The notes beneath the pieces were generated by a model. It had not been told where the DNA came from. It saw only the letters and a list, made by a program, of their open reading frames with translations, and did no database searches. A program made the position numbers and the translations under genes. This document shows, piece by piece, positions 12,601-21,066 of a DNA stretch of 56,017 nucleotides (within the stretch, counting starts at the first letter, position 1; each line of letters begins with the position of its first letter). The DNA comes from a virus (lineage: Duplodnaviria > Caudoviricetes): positions 1-56,017 of IMG/VR virus record IMGVR_UViG_3300009151_000087; one strand, 5' to 3'.

Positions 12601-13161
12601 ATATTGTTCTGTAATTATTCCACCGATGGTGGCTCTATCATTTGGTTTTCCAAATACAGTAGAACCTGTCATAGAAGAATTCATTACGGTAACAAATTGT
12701 TCATACCAATTTGAATTGGTTGTATCATTCCAAGATATAACAGAATTAGCAAGATTAAGTCCAGCAGAGTCCAGTACATTTTCGCTAGTTGAAAGAGATG
12801 TGATTTTTAATAAACCGCTGCTAGGAACATTTCTTTTAGGAACATAACTAATTAATTGTGCCAGTTTTAAAATACTATCTCTGCGTTGTGCAGTTTCTAA
12901 GAAATTTTCACGAGCATTAAGATCAATCCTGAAACTTAGGTTTTGCCCTAGAAAAGCGATTAATTCAATCAATGCTATGTATTCGCTGCTGTCAATAAAA
13001 TCATTAAAATCCTCAGGATAATTTTCTTGAAGATAGGATATCATGATTCTGCGGATGGTTTCAAAATCGTAACTTTGAAAATCAGCATTGCGGAACGATT
13101 GATAAATTTTCTTCCAATCTTCTGTGATGAGTAATTTGTTATTGGTTGCTGGAATGGTCAT
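9688..13161 (-). CDS. gp6: Baseplate wedge subunit, T4 gp6-like
   Basis: N-terminal DFETIRRIMISYL...DF..SSEYIALIELIAF...ENFLETAQRRDSILKLAQLISYVPKR and internal APQAYYTQNRMVTGEDY match gp6/baseplate-J motifs; adjacent to gp25-like gene. Confidence 0.85.
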   Translation of the reverse strand: MTIPATNNKLLITEDWKKIYQSFRNADFQSYDFETIRRIMISYLQENYPEDFNDFIDSSEYIALIELIAFLGQNLSFRIDLNARENFLETAQRRDSILKLAQLISYVPKRNVPSSGLLKITSLSTSENVLDSAGLNLANSVISWNDTTNSNWYEQFVTVMNSSMTGSTVFGKPNDRATIGGIITEQYKINSSNPDVPVYTFSKNINGTSMSFEIVPATFSGKTYIYEDSPKPGNTLNLLYQNDNRGSGSGGTGFFALFKQGNLGVSNFSVTNPVPNEIVGINIKNINDTDVWLWQLNPDGTYPLTTWTKVPNIVGNNAIYNSISKTIRDIYSVTSRDADQIDLNFTDGSFGNLPKGNFSLYYRQSNGLAYSVTPQDIGGITITVPYVNKSGENHNLTLTLGLQYIVSNSAAPESNASIQSKAPQAYYTQNRMVTGEDYNIAPLTLTTDVLKIKSINRVSSGVSKYFELSDVSGKYSSTNIFATDGILYKDIHEENFSFSYFSRNEIFSVIKNKLEPIINSQSLRAFYIDKYRTSRPIVPNTNLVTPNFVWNLSNSVAGQGRGYFNFISRISTDNIFNTPIPVSIGNSTSIFTNPMAYATPGSVIKFVPPLGPDLTPQYFLPNGKIVSTKTNKTRDYLWSTVIQVIGDGSNLGTGNLNDGTGPVILGNQIGTGAIPVEIIPAFPNTLSYSFENDLVNLCLTQRNFGLRLGTIARAWTIIKDSDLDLYGNFSLDNSASTSNANLDASWLIAFTWTGSEYKVRYRLIDYIFQSVKQTGFYKDPSDVNFDYTNNTVIKDKINVLSINPVPGSVGIPLDQDYIWQVDNPVVEVDGYVNPSKVKVSFYDNQDSGTVGQLLDPDTFIRVVGDIKYGTYYGTVMFKRASDGLRYTMVDSTQYLVFLNENAASSYFNNQLDPDFLYYFTETDAVKSVNTNAFVYEPNYFVYQGRNELNFHYLHNSGQERRIDPSKSNIIDVYMLTAAYDTAFRNWLLNGGTGTKPLTPTSQSLENNYSRNLEPVKTISDEIVYQPVGYKVLFGGTAEVNLRAAFKAVRNSATTSSDNEIRSTILTAINNFFSLDNWDFGQTFHFSELSAYVMNLVSPDITNFVIVPRSNNFGSLYEIACQNNEIFISGATAADIEIINAITAAELNTTLIITGTGN

Positions 13162-13179
13162 AATTTTAATTCTATACCG

Positions 13180-13187
13180 TATTTATT
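13180..13187 (-). promoter_or_regulatory. Late promoter motif AATAAATA
   Basis: 7/8 match to T4 late consensus TATAAATA, 18 nt upstream of the gp6-like ATG. Confidence 0.6.
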
Positions 13188-13207
13188 AACAAAATAAACC
13201 TGGTATA

Positions 13208-13645
13208 TTATTGTATACTCAGGCCTACCGATTGATCAAAAGTTAAACGCATATTGCTTGATCGATCTGTTCCTACTAGGACAAGTGTTAGTTCTATAAT
13301 ATATCCTGCGGGATATTCAATAAGATTTATCTGTGTAGGAGTTACCCTAGGATCATAGTTACATATGTCAACTATATCCTTGTTTAACGAGTCTTTTAAC
13401 TCTTGTGTAAATGGTTCCATTAATAAATCCCAAATAATAGTACCAAAATTAGGATTCATTAATCGTTCGCCTCGTCTAGTATTGAAATGATTGATAATAT
13501 CTTGCTTGATTAATTCAAAATCATATAATCTAGAATTTGATGTTGATGGATCTAGACTACTAAAACCTTTATAGAAGTGACTGGTTTTAGCAGGTTGTTC
13601 GTAAACTGCAGCAGCATTGGTAATTTCTATTGACTTGTATGGCAT
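13208..13645 (-). CDS. gp25: Baseplate wedge subunit, gp25-like
   Basis: IKQDIINHFNTRRGERLMNPNFGTIIWDLLMEP...YDPRV is the GPW/gp25 signature; 145 aa; lies between gp5-like and gp6-like genes. Confidence 0.9.
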   Translation of the reverse strand: MPYKSIEITNAAAVYEQPAKTSHFYKGFSSLDPSTSNSRLYDFELIKQDIINHFNTRRGERLMNPNFGTIIWDLLMEPFTQELKDSLNKDIVDICNYDPRVTPTQINLIEYPAGYIIELTLVLVGTDRSSNMRLTFDQSVGLSIQ

Positions 13646-13650
13646 AATGG

Positions 13651-13658
13651 TATTTATT
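13651..13658 (-). promoter_or_regulatory. Late promoter motif AATAAATA
   Basis: Overlaps the upstream stop codon; 5 nt before the gp25-like ATG. Confidence 0.6.
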
Positions 13659-16089
13659 AACCTCCAGAAATAGGTTTTCCGCTACTATCGGTTACCTTAC
13701 CTCGAGCAGCCGCAGATCCGGTAGCAGAGGTAGTAGAATTGTTAAGTTGTCCTAGGAAACAATGATAGAATCCTAATTTAGTGGCATGAATATTAGGAAC
13801 ATTAAAGCCTACAGCTCTAGCTGCTGCTTCAAAATAACCAGCATCGGTTTGAGCGACCTTGACTCTATCTAAGAAATATACTACACTAGCTGCGGCTGCT
13901 ATATTAAGATCGGCCAACAATTCAGGTTTATCCACCAACGCAGTAGGCGAGGTAACTATTCCCTTGGTATATAACATATTACTATATCTTGCGTAGTTTG
14001 CCCTACCAGTAAGTTGTATAAATCCTCTACCAATAAATTTAGCACCATCACCGGCCTGTGTATTTCCTAAACCTTGTCCTTTGGCTGTTTGCGATCCATA
14101 TAAGAATTCTGGAAGTTTATTTCCAGGATTTCCTACATAACTTTGTGCCAGGGCAGTATCGCCTTTAAACGAAGTAGGAAATACTTCTAATAGTCTGCCG
14201 GCCGATGAATAATTAAAACTTTCAGTAACACAAGTCCAGCGACTCTCACCGCCGGCAATTCCTAATATACTGGCCACAGCATAAGGACTTGTCAATCCTA
14301 ATTTTGCACAAGCGGCTTTCAGAGCAGTGATACCAGGTTGACTTGCTGCAGCATTTATATCCTTAGAAAAATTAGTAGAACAAGTGCCCGGTACCACTTC
14401 GGGCGAATTGGCAGATTGCTGTATTCCAGCATTAGGACTTGGCGGTACTCCGGCAGCAACACGAGAGCTCGGAGGAGCAGCAGGTGTGAATCCGCCGACT
14501 TTGTATCCATTAGCAGCCGATGGCGGTACCCCAGATGCCGGAACAGCAGGAGTATCTGCCAGGGTAACATCTGTTGCTGCTGCGCTGAATTTTTCTGGAT
14601 TAATATTTTCGTGTTGATCCCAAGGCTCGTGTGTTGGTACACGATTCATGATTGATTTTATTTCATCACTCTTGTATTTGTTTTCCTTGGCCCATGGGTT
14701 TTTATCCGGTACTAGCGGATCTCTATTAGGTAATGTAAAGACTGATAATAACGGAGGAGTCTCAGGAGGACTTGCCGATGTTGGAGCCGAAGCAGCTGGA
14801 CCATTTAAATGTATGAGCGAAGCAACCATTACGATATTTCCGTTGGTGTCTACACTGAAATCTCCGCCGGTGCCTATCTTGAACGATTGTCCAGACGTAA
14901 CATTTAAATCATTATTAGCAGTAACCAAGATATCTTTTGCCGAGGACATATGGGTATCTTGTCCTGATATTATTTTAAGATTTTGTCCTACACTGAGATG
15001 AGCATCATTCTTGATAGCTATTTTACTATAATCATCAACTACTAGATAGTAATATCCGGTAACATTGGTTTCCATATTTTTTATTGCACGCATATTAATA
15101 TTTCTGCCTGCTTCTATATTAATATCTCTATCTGCTCTAAAATTAAAATCTGCTTTTGAATGGATGCTGACACTGTCTGTGGCAAATATATCTAACTTGC
15201 CTGCGCTAGACATCTCTATCCATGCTGTACCGGCAGCATTGGCGATATAGATTAAATCATGGCTGTTATGAAGTAATATTTGATGTCCTGTTCTTGTGCG
15301 TATTCTTACCAGTTCGTTCTGCCCTGTAATATCACCATCGTCCATGACAAAGGTACTGCCACCGAGCCGACTTATTGGTGCCATGATATCGCCTTCGCCC
15401 GGTTCGGCATTTTTTTCGTAACCAATTTTTTTCCTTGGGCCATTTAAATCTAATGGTCCGGGTGTGCTTATTCCAAATACAGCACTAGGAGTTTCTCGTC
15501 TAGCACCACTGGTAGTAATTCCTCTTACTGTATCTAATAATAATCCCTGTGCTAATAATCTTTCAGCAAATGGGTGTACTGGTTTTTTATTCTTATCGAT
15601 GTCAGGATTGCCAGGATTGTTTACAGCTTTTAAAAATTCAGCAGCCGGAAGATTTGTTGTACCATATCTTTCAATTTGTTCCGGCGTCATTGATGTACTT
15701 TTAGTGGCCGCAATGCCGGGCACCATGTGATTTTGGAATGTGTCCTGAACACAGCCGATCCAATATCCTTGATTGGGGTCTCCATCGAGGAATATAACCA
15801 TAACAACGCAGCCAATGTCAGGTGGAATCATCCACATTCCATAGCTCTTCTGAACATCGCTAAAATTACTGCTGTTATTACCTTCGTATCTTACAGATGT
15901 AGCACCGTAGAAAGGTGTTAGATATCTAACAACATAAGTTTCCGATTGATGTTCAATAGGACTTTGTAAAGATTTTATTAAAGAAACTTCAAGTGATCCC
16001 ATATAGGTAGGATCTAGGTGACTTCTTATCTCAGCAAGGAAAGGGCCCGGACTTGGTAAGGGGCTCTTTGATCTTGTTTCATATGGCAT
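13657..16089 (-). CDS. gp5: Baseplate central spike, gp5/VgrG-like, with C-terminal GH19-type peptidoglycan hydrolase domain
   Basis: N-terminal OB-fold-type motif (GMWMIPPDIGCVVMVIFLDGDPNQGYWIG), RTRTGHQILLH followed by beta-helix repeats ending IHLNG, a Pro/Ala linker, then ES...ESFNY and FIGRGFIQLTGRANY (GH19 motif). Confidence 0.8.
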   Translation of the reverse strand: MPYETRSKSPLPSPGPFLAEIRSHLDPTYMGSLEVSLIKSLQSPIEHQSETYVVRYLTPFYGATSVRYEGNNSSNFSDVQKSYGMWMIPPDIGCVVMVIFLDGDPNQGYWIGCVQDTFQNHMVPGIAATKSTSMTPEQIERYGTTNLPAAEFLKAVNNPGNPDIDKNKKPVHPFAERLLAQGLLLDTVRGITTSGARRETPSAVFGISTPGPLDLNGPRKKIGYEKNAEPGEGDIMAPISRLGGSTFVMDDGDITGQNELVRIRTRTGHQILLHNSHDLIYIANAAGTAWIEMSSAGKLDIFATDSVSIHSKADFNFRADRDINIEAGRNINMRAIKNMETNVTGYYYLVVDDYSKIAIKNDAHLSVGQNLKIISGQDTHMSSAKDILVTANNDLNVTSGQSFKIGTGGDFSVDTNGNIVMVASLIHLNGPAASAPTSASPPETPPLLSVFTLPNRDPLVPDKNPWAKENKYKSDEIKSIMNRVPTHEPWDQHENINPEKFSAAATDVTLADTPAVPASGVPPSAANGYKVGGFTPAAPPSSRVAAGVPPSPNAGIQQSANSPEVVPGTCSTNFSKDINAAASQPGITALKAACAKLGLTSPYAVASILGIAGGESRWTCVTESFNYSSAGRLLEVFPTSFKGDTALAQSYVGNPGNKLPEFLYGSQTAKGQGLGNTQAGDGAKFIGRGFIQLTGRANYARYSNMLYTKGIVTSPTALVDKPELLADLNIAAAASVVYFLDRVKVAQTDAGYFEAAARAVGFNVPNIHATKLGFYHCFLGQLNNSTTSATGSAAARGKVTDSSGKPISGG

Positions 16090-16095
16090 TCTATG

Positions 16096-19000
16096 TTACC
16101 TCAACATTATTTTATCTAGTGGACTTAAATTCTTTGTGATGCTTCCAAATTTGGAAACTACAGAATTGGTTACGTTATTACCCACACCAAATTTATCATT
16201 TATTTTATTTAGATCGGCCTCGACTGAACTTACTGCTCCCGTAACTGCTGACAATTGAGATCTTACATTTAAGAATTTATTACCTATGATAGCAGCACTT
16301 AGCACGTTAGGTTGTAGTAGTGGACTAAACGGATTGGCCATATAGGCCGGGGTAGAATTAATTACAGATTGTGCTACATCCGCCGGCAATTGATTTTGTG
16401 AAACATCTGCGATATTATTTGTTCCATATGATCTTGCCACAGCAGACGGACCGCCTTTTGCTGCTACTTGATCTATATAACCTGTATCGGGCCTTGGGTC
16501 CGGAGCAATATAATAAGGTGGAGTGGGAGGTAATTTAGCAATTCCGTCAAGAGTCAACGAATTAAAATTTACACCTTGTGCCCTTGCTACTGCTATTTTG
16601 GTATCGGCTGGTAATTTTGATACTATGGCATTTAATTGATCAAGCATTTTAGATTTTAATGAATTTGAAAGACCGGAAAGTTGAACAGGATTGATTCCAA
16701 ATTGTAATCCAACTGCCAATAGATCATTTGCTGTTCCTCGAGTGACTGCTAGTGCCGAGGAACCAATATTGTTTACTAAATCAGCAGAACGAGTTCCTAT
16801 ATTTCTCACGTCTGCTAAAGCAGATGCTCCGATGTTATTCACCGAGGCAACATAACTTGACGCAAGATTGTTTACTGTCAAGCTGGCATTATTTAGAGCT
16901 GCGTTAACATTATTTACTGTTACAGCAGACGTAACATTTAAAATTGAATTGTTTAATGCTGCGGCAGAATTTGGCCCCAGGCTGGCCACTGCCGATAATG
17001 TAGGTAATCCAACATTTGATGCTGCTGCGCTTATAGACTCTACATTGGAAGGCAAGGAAGCTGCTTGAGATCTAATATCCTGTGCTGTGACATTATTACC
17101 ACTTCTAATGATATCTGTAACAGGAGTTGCCGGTGTATAAGAAACCGTTGCTCCTACACCTATACCAGATCCAGGAACAGAAACCTGATTTATTATATTA
17201 TTAGATCTTTCTACTATTTGACTGTTTACACTACCGCCAGCATTGCTGACTCCAAAAGAATCACCTAACGTGTTTGACGACTGATATACTAATGCTTCGG
17301 AACTTAGTGTTTGTTCTTGTAATGCCGCAACGGCACTGGCTTGTAATGGAATTCCTTGAGCAGATTGAGCAGTAGCATCCGGCACAACTCCGCCGTATGG
17401 TTGATATGCTCCTCTAGTATTACCCACTAAATTATCAGAAGCACCGCTCACCTGTGAGTCTCCTGGTACAGGGGTACCTCCTAATCCTCCTTCGGCTGCA
17501 GTAAAATTATCTGTAGGGTTAGGATTTCCTCTATTTTCTGTATTAACTAAATTCAATGCGCCCGGACGAACTCCTACTTGGCTAGAGCCGGCACCATTAC
17601 TTCCGCCACCTCCGCCACCGCCACCGCTTGGCACAGGAACCGGCGACGAGTCTCTTGATACATTATCAAGTGGATCTTTCTTCTGGAATAAGGACGGTGT
17701 TGTAGCAGCATCACCCTGACCAGGAACTCTAAGAATTTTTAAAGTCTGTTTGAATAATCCATCTTTAAAACTTGACTTTGCTTCAATGACGCGATATACT
17801 CCGCTGAAGGGGATTAATTCTGGATCAAATCTAAATAGCCCACCTTGCTCTAAATTGTCTATATCAATAGGATTACGAAACTTGATCATTATCATGATCT
17901 CTCCGTAGTTTTGATTAGCAGATCCTTCGTCAGATACCGGGCCGGATCCGGCATTATAATTACCTATTCCGCCTGTTACGATAAAAAATGGATCTCCTAA
18001 TATCTCTAAATCACCGTCAAGCATACTGGCTTTAGAATCAACGATAGCACGATGCATACCTTTGGCCAATGAGGCATACGGATCCGATTGTCGTTGTCCA
18101 CCCGAGTCCTTATCCACAGATGTTAATTGACTATCTTTGTGTTTAGGGGCTTCTAATGCCAAGTTTGACGATCCTTCTTTGTAACGAGTATCCGGGTCAC
18201 CTCCTAACTTGGGTTCGGGTTTATTATTATACCCTGCTACATCTCTAGCAGCAGGACCGTAACTTTTTCCCAAGGCAGCAGGAATAGCCTCAAAATATAA
18301 AGAATTGAAATTCAATTTAAAATTCAATATATCTACGTTTTTACCTGTGTATATATAATTGTATTCTCTTAATGCCAATTGCTCTAATTGTTTAGCGTTG
18401 ACCTGTTGATTTCCAAATAAAGGAATACGATTATGCATAATTTTGTGCATGGCTACTACAAAATTAAAATTTTGATAAGGACGTTTGGTATCTGGATTGT
18501 TTATGGTTTGATTGGTGACTTCTAATTTAATTAAAAAATAATCAACCCTTCCATATTGGTCAACTACAGCGTTGAAATTATGAGCTAAATCTTCTATCAG
18601 TTGTCTGCCAAATTTACTATCTCTTATGATAGCGGCTATACATTCAGTTATATTTTTTCCTTCAGCAAATTGTGCTGTGACATCTTTTATGTAGGTAGGT
18701 TTGTATGAGTTTGGATCGCTGGCATTTTGTTCAGGACTAGGCGTTGGCTTCTGTTGGTATGCTGTGGGTTTTTCGACTTTCTTAAGGTCTGGAAATTTAT
18801 ATGTGCTGTTGTCTTTCAAGAATTCAGATACCTTGGCCTGCCCAATTGCCTGGCCGGCCTTGCCGTCAAATGATATACTGTAAACATCATGTCCCGGAGA
18901 CGGGCCGCCTCTAGCATCATCGTCTGCTTGTACAGTTTGTTTGTTTATATTTTTTGCCAAATCACTCAAGATGTCTTTGACTTTTTCGCCAGATATTTTT

Positions 19001-19680
19001 ACAGCCTTTTTTAACTTGCTAGGCATACCAAACCCTGCTTCATTAAATGGTATGGCTGTTACTTTGTATCTTGTGCCTCGTTGATCTACGCTGATCTCCA
19101 TGCCTGTTATCTTTACAGGAAAATATCGTGTAGACCTAGGAATTTCTTGTGCCGATCCAAGATCTGTACTATCAGAATATCCTAAGAATTCCATTTTTAA
19201 TACATAACTGGCATTTTGATATGTTGAATACCCTGCCTTTACTGCCGATACCTGTAATGCCTCAAGGAAACCATTCATGCTGTAGGGCTCTATGACATCA
19301 AAAGAAATAGAGGTAGGTTGGCTAACACTGGTCGCCTCACTGAATCCCATGATAGAATTTATCTCAACATCTTCTATATACAAATCATAATAACCGGGAC
19401 TACTAGGCGGGAGCCAAGATCCTAAAGCATTTGGTCCCTTACCGCCCGATTTTATAATAACCAAATTTAGAGTCCTATTTCTGTAATTTAATGGTTCGTT
19501 TACCTCTAATGTTGACAAAGCAGCAAAAGTGAATACGTAATTAAAAGATCTATAATGAGATAGTACATTGGTTTTATCTTGATTGCCCGGCGCGCCCTGG
19601 TATGTGCCAGGTTCTAGGCCAGCCGGAGCAGCACCGGCGCTTTTACCAACTACATCAGAAGAACTACTAGTTACGGCCAT
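16096..19680 (-). CDS. Putative baseplate hub protein with long low-complexity C-terminal extension
   Basis: 1194-aa ORF between gp53-like and gp5-like genes; LEILGDPFF and FSGVYRVIEAKSSFKDGLFKQTL resemble the end of gp27/late-control-D hub folds; mostly synteny inference. Confidence 0.55.
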   Translation of the reverse strand: MAVTSSSSDVVGKSAGAAPAGLEPGTYQGAPGNQDKTNVLSHYRSFNYVFTFAALSTLEVNEPLNYRNRTLNLVIIKSGGKGPNALGSWLPPSSPGYYDLYIEDVEINSIMGFSEATSVSQPTSISFDVIEPYSMNGFLEALQVSAVKAGYSTYQNASYVLKMEFLGYSDSTDLGSAQEIPRSTRYFPVKITGMEISVDQRGTRYKVTAIPFNEAGFGMPSKLKKAVKISGEKVKDILSDLAKNINKQTVQADDDARGGPSPGHDVYSISFDGKAGQAIGQAKVSEFLKDNSTYKFPDLKKVEKPTAYQQKPTPSPEQNASDPNSYKPTYIKDVTAQFAEGKNITECIAAIIRDSKFGRQLIEDLAHNFNAVVDQYGRVDYFLIKLEVTNQTINNPDTKRPYQNFNFVVAMHKIMHNRIPLFGNQQVNAKQLEQLALREYNYIYTGKNVDILNFKLNFNSLYFEAIPAALGKSYGPAARDVAGYNNKPEPKLGGDPDTRYKEGSSNLALEAPKHKDSQLTSVDKDSGGQRQSDPYASLAKGMHRAIVDSKASMLDGDLEILGDPFFIVTGGIGNYNAGSGPVSDEGSANQNYGEIMIMIKFRNPIDIDNLEQGGLFRFDPELIPFSGVYRVIEAKSSFKDGLFKQTLKILRVPGQGDAATTPSLFQKKDPLDNVSRDSSPVPVPSGGGGGGGGSNGAGSSQVGVRPGALNLVNTENRGNPNPTDNFTAAEGGLGGTPVPGDSQVSGASDNLVGNTRGAYQPYGGVVPDATAQSAQGIPLQASAVAALQEQTLSSEALVYQSSNTLGDSFGVSNAGGSVNSQIVERSNNIINQVSVPGSGIGVGATVSYTPATPVTDIIRSGNNVTAQDIRSQAASLPSNVESISAAASNVGLPTLSAVASLGPNSAAALNNSILNVTSAVTVNNVNAALNNASLTVNNLASSYVASVNNIGASALADVRNIGTRSADLVNNIGSSALAVTRGTANDLLAVGLQFGINPVQLSGLSNSLKSKMLDQLNAIVSKLPADTKIAVARAQGVNFNSLTLDGIAKLPPTPPYYIAPDPRPDTGYIDQVAAKGGPSAVARSYGTNNIADVSQNQLPADVAQSVINSTPAYMANPFSPLLQPNVLSAAIIGNKFLNVRSQLSAVTGAVSSVEADLNKINDKFGVGNNVTNSVVSKFGSITKNLSPLDKIMLR

Positions 19681-19681
19681 T

Positions 19682-19981
19682 TTAAATTCCTAACGAATGT
19701 TTTATAGAACTTAACTTGGGAAGATAGATTTTTATACCGGCTTTTAGATCAAATACAGGATCTTTAATAACAGATGGATTCCTTACGGCAAACACCCACC
19801 ACAATCCAACATCGCTATAAAGATCATGGGATAATAAATCAGGCCTATATTCGTAACTCTTGGTCACTGTGAAGACAACATCATCTGCTTCCGATGCGAT
19901 TGTTCTATTATTGATGATGTCTAAATACCCATCAACCTGAGGAGTGGTATAATAAGGGCTTAATTTATTATAAGTTGTCAT
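19682..19981 (-). CDS. gp53: Baseplate wedge protein, gp53/LysM-like
   Basis: YEYRPDLLSHDLYSDVGLWWVFAVRNP...IYLP matches the RPD-x-S-x2-LY...WW-x4-N pattern. Confidence 0.75.
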   Translation of the reverse strand: MTTYNKLSPYYTTPQVDGYLDIINNRTIASEADDVVFTVTKSYEYRPDLLSHDLYSDVGLWWVFAVRNPSVIKDPVFDLKAGIKIYLPKLSSIKHSLGI

Positions 19982-20961
19982 TATAGATATCCTGCCTTTC
20001 TTTCTAGGGCTGTACTTAAATATCTGTTTACACCAGTACCTAGCATTTCTGCTCGACTGTACATTGGTTTACATGTAACTGCGATAGTTGATAGTGTAGG
20101 AACAAATGCTGTTCCATATTGATTGTTACCTGTTATGAATCCACTTTTATCAAGGGTATAAAAATCTACCGAATCCGGCAGGGTATTTTTAAAACTGGTA
20201 ATAGCCACCGGAACATTATTTAACATGAAATCGCCATAAGCATCCAATCTACACACAGGTGGCGGTGCTCCGGCATTGGTATCTGGACCAAATCTCATCT
20301 TGGTTAGAGCTCTTAACAGATGAACAGTTGCCAGGTACACCATGGCATCTTGATCATTTTCAACTGTGAATTTTCCTTGGATAGTGATGTCCGTGACACT
20401 GCTATTTTTATAAAAATTAATAGCATAGTTATTGTGAGTAGGAGTTTGTGTTGTATAATCAGCTTTGTGTTCAAAGTCAATCGATGGAGTATACGGAAAT
20501 ATTATTCCCCCGTGCTTGGTTAATTCACCTGCCGGGGATCCACTGGTTAAATCTACCAGATAATCTTTAGGGACTCTTATCTTGACTCTAAGGTCTGGAC
20601 TGCGTGGATCAAATTTAGGATCCATGGAGGTAACTGATATTTCTGTAGCGGCGGCCGCCTTGGGGGGCTCTGCTCCTGGCTGTACCTGGCCAAGATCTCT
20701 ATATCCTCGTTTGGCATCTCCGCCTGGGGTGAACGAGGGTACCTTGGGTTTGTTAATATATCCTCGTTTGGCATCACCTCCTGGGGTATATGATGGAACC
20801 GTTGATGTTTTAGGTTCACCTAACACAGTAGGATTGGTCATCTTTTCAGTTGCGGCAATCGCAGATTGCGCCGTGTTGACAAACGAGGTTTGGCGTGCTT
20901 GCTCAGCATCATATTGTGCCTTGGTTGCCGGTTTGCCATTGACTTTATAAGTATCGACCAT
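19981..20961 (-). CDS. Putative tail-tube initiator/baseplate tube cap (gp48/gp54-like)
   Basis: GIIFPYTPSI, GAPPPVCRLDAYG and VPVAITSF...LPDSVD resemble tube-fold baseplate proteins; sits directly upstream of the LysM-like gene; SD AAGGA present. Confidence 0.55.
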   Translation of the reverse strand: MVDTYKVNGKPATKAQYDAEQARQTSFVNTAQSAIAATEKMTNPTVLGEPKTSTVPSYTPGGDAKRGYINKPKVPSFTPGGDAKRGYRDLGQVQPGAEPPKAAAATEISVTSMDPKFDPRSPDLRVKIRVPKDYLVDLTSGSPAGELTKHGGIIFPYTPSIDFEHKADYTTQTPTHNNYAINFYKNSSVTDITIQGKFTVENDQDAMVYLATVHLLRALTKMRFGPDTNAGAPPPVCRLDAYGDFMLNNVPVAITSFKNTLPDSVDFYTLDKSGFITGNNQYGTAFVPTLSTIAVTCKPMYSRAEMLGTGVNRYLSTALERKAGYL

Positions 20962-20983
20962 TATAGAAAAATCCTTTATTTGT

Positions 20984-21000
20984 TATTTAACCGATAAATA
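20984..21000. promoter_or_regulatory. Back-to-back late promoter motifs (TAAATA on - at 20984-20989; on + at 20995-21000)
   Basis: Both motifs seen in the divergent intergenic region between the baseplate operon and the sigma factor gene. Confidence 0.6.
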
Positions 21001-21019
21001 ATGTGCTAAGTTAATATGG

Positions 21020-21047
21020 TTGACATCTTTCATAAGTGTGTTATACT
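21020..21047 (+). promoter_or_regulatory. Host sigma70-type promoter for the late sigma gene
   Basis: TTGACA (21020-21025), 16-nt spacer, extended -10 TGnTATACT (TATACT at 21042-21047), then SD AAGGA. Confidence 0.75.
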
Positions 21048-21066
21048 AAATTAAAAGGAAACCTTA

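Noticed and set aside
1396-20950. Short plus-strand ORFs opposite the baseplate genes, and similar short antisense or alternate-frame ORFs elsewhere
   Set aside because: Fully nested in long genes with clear motifs; no independent expression signals or recognisable domains
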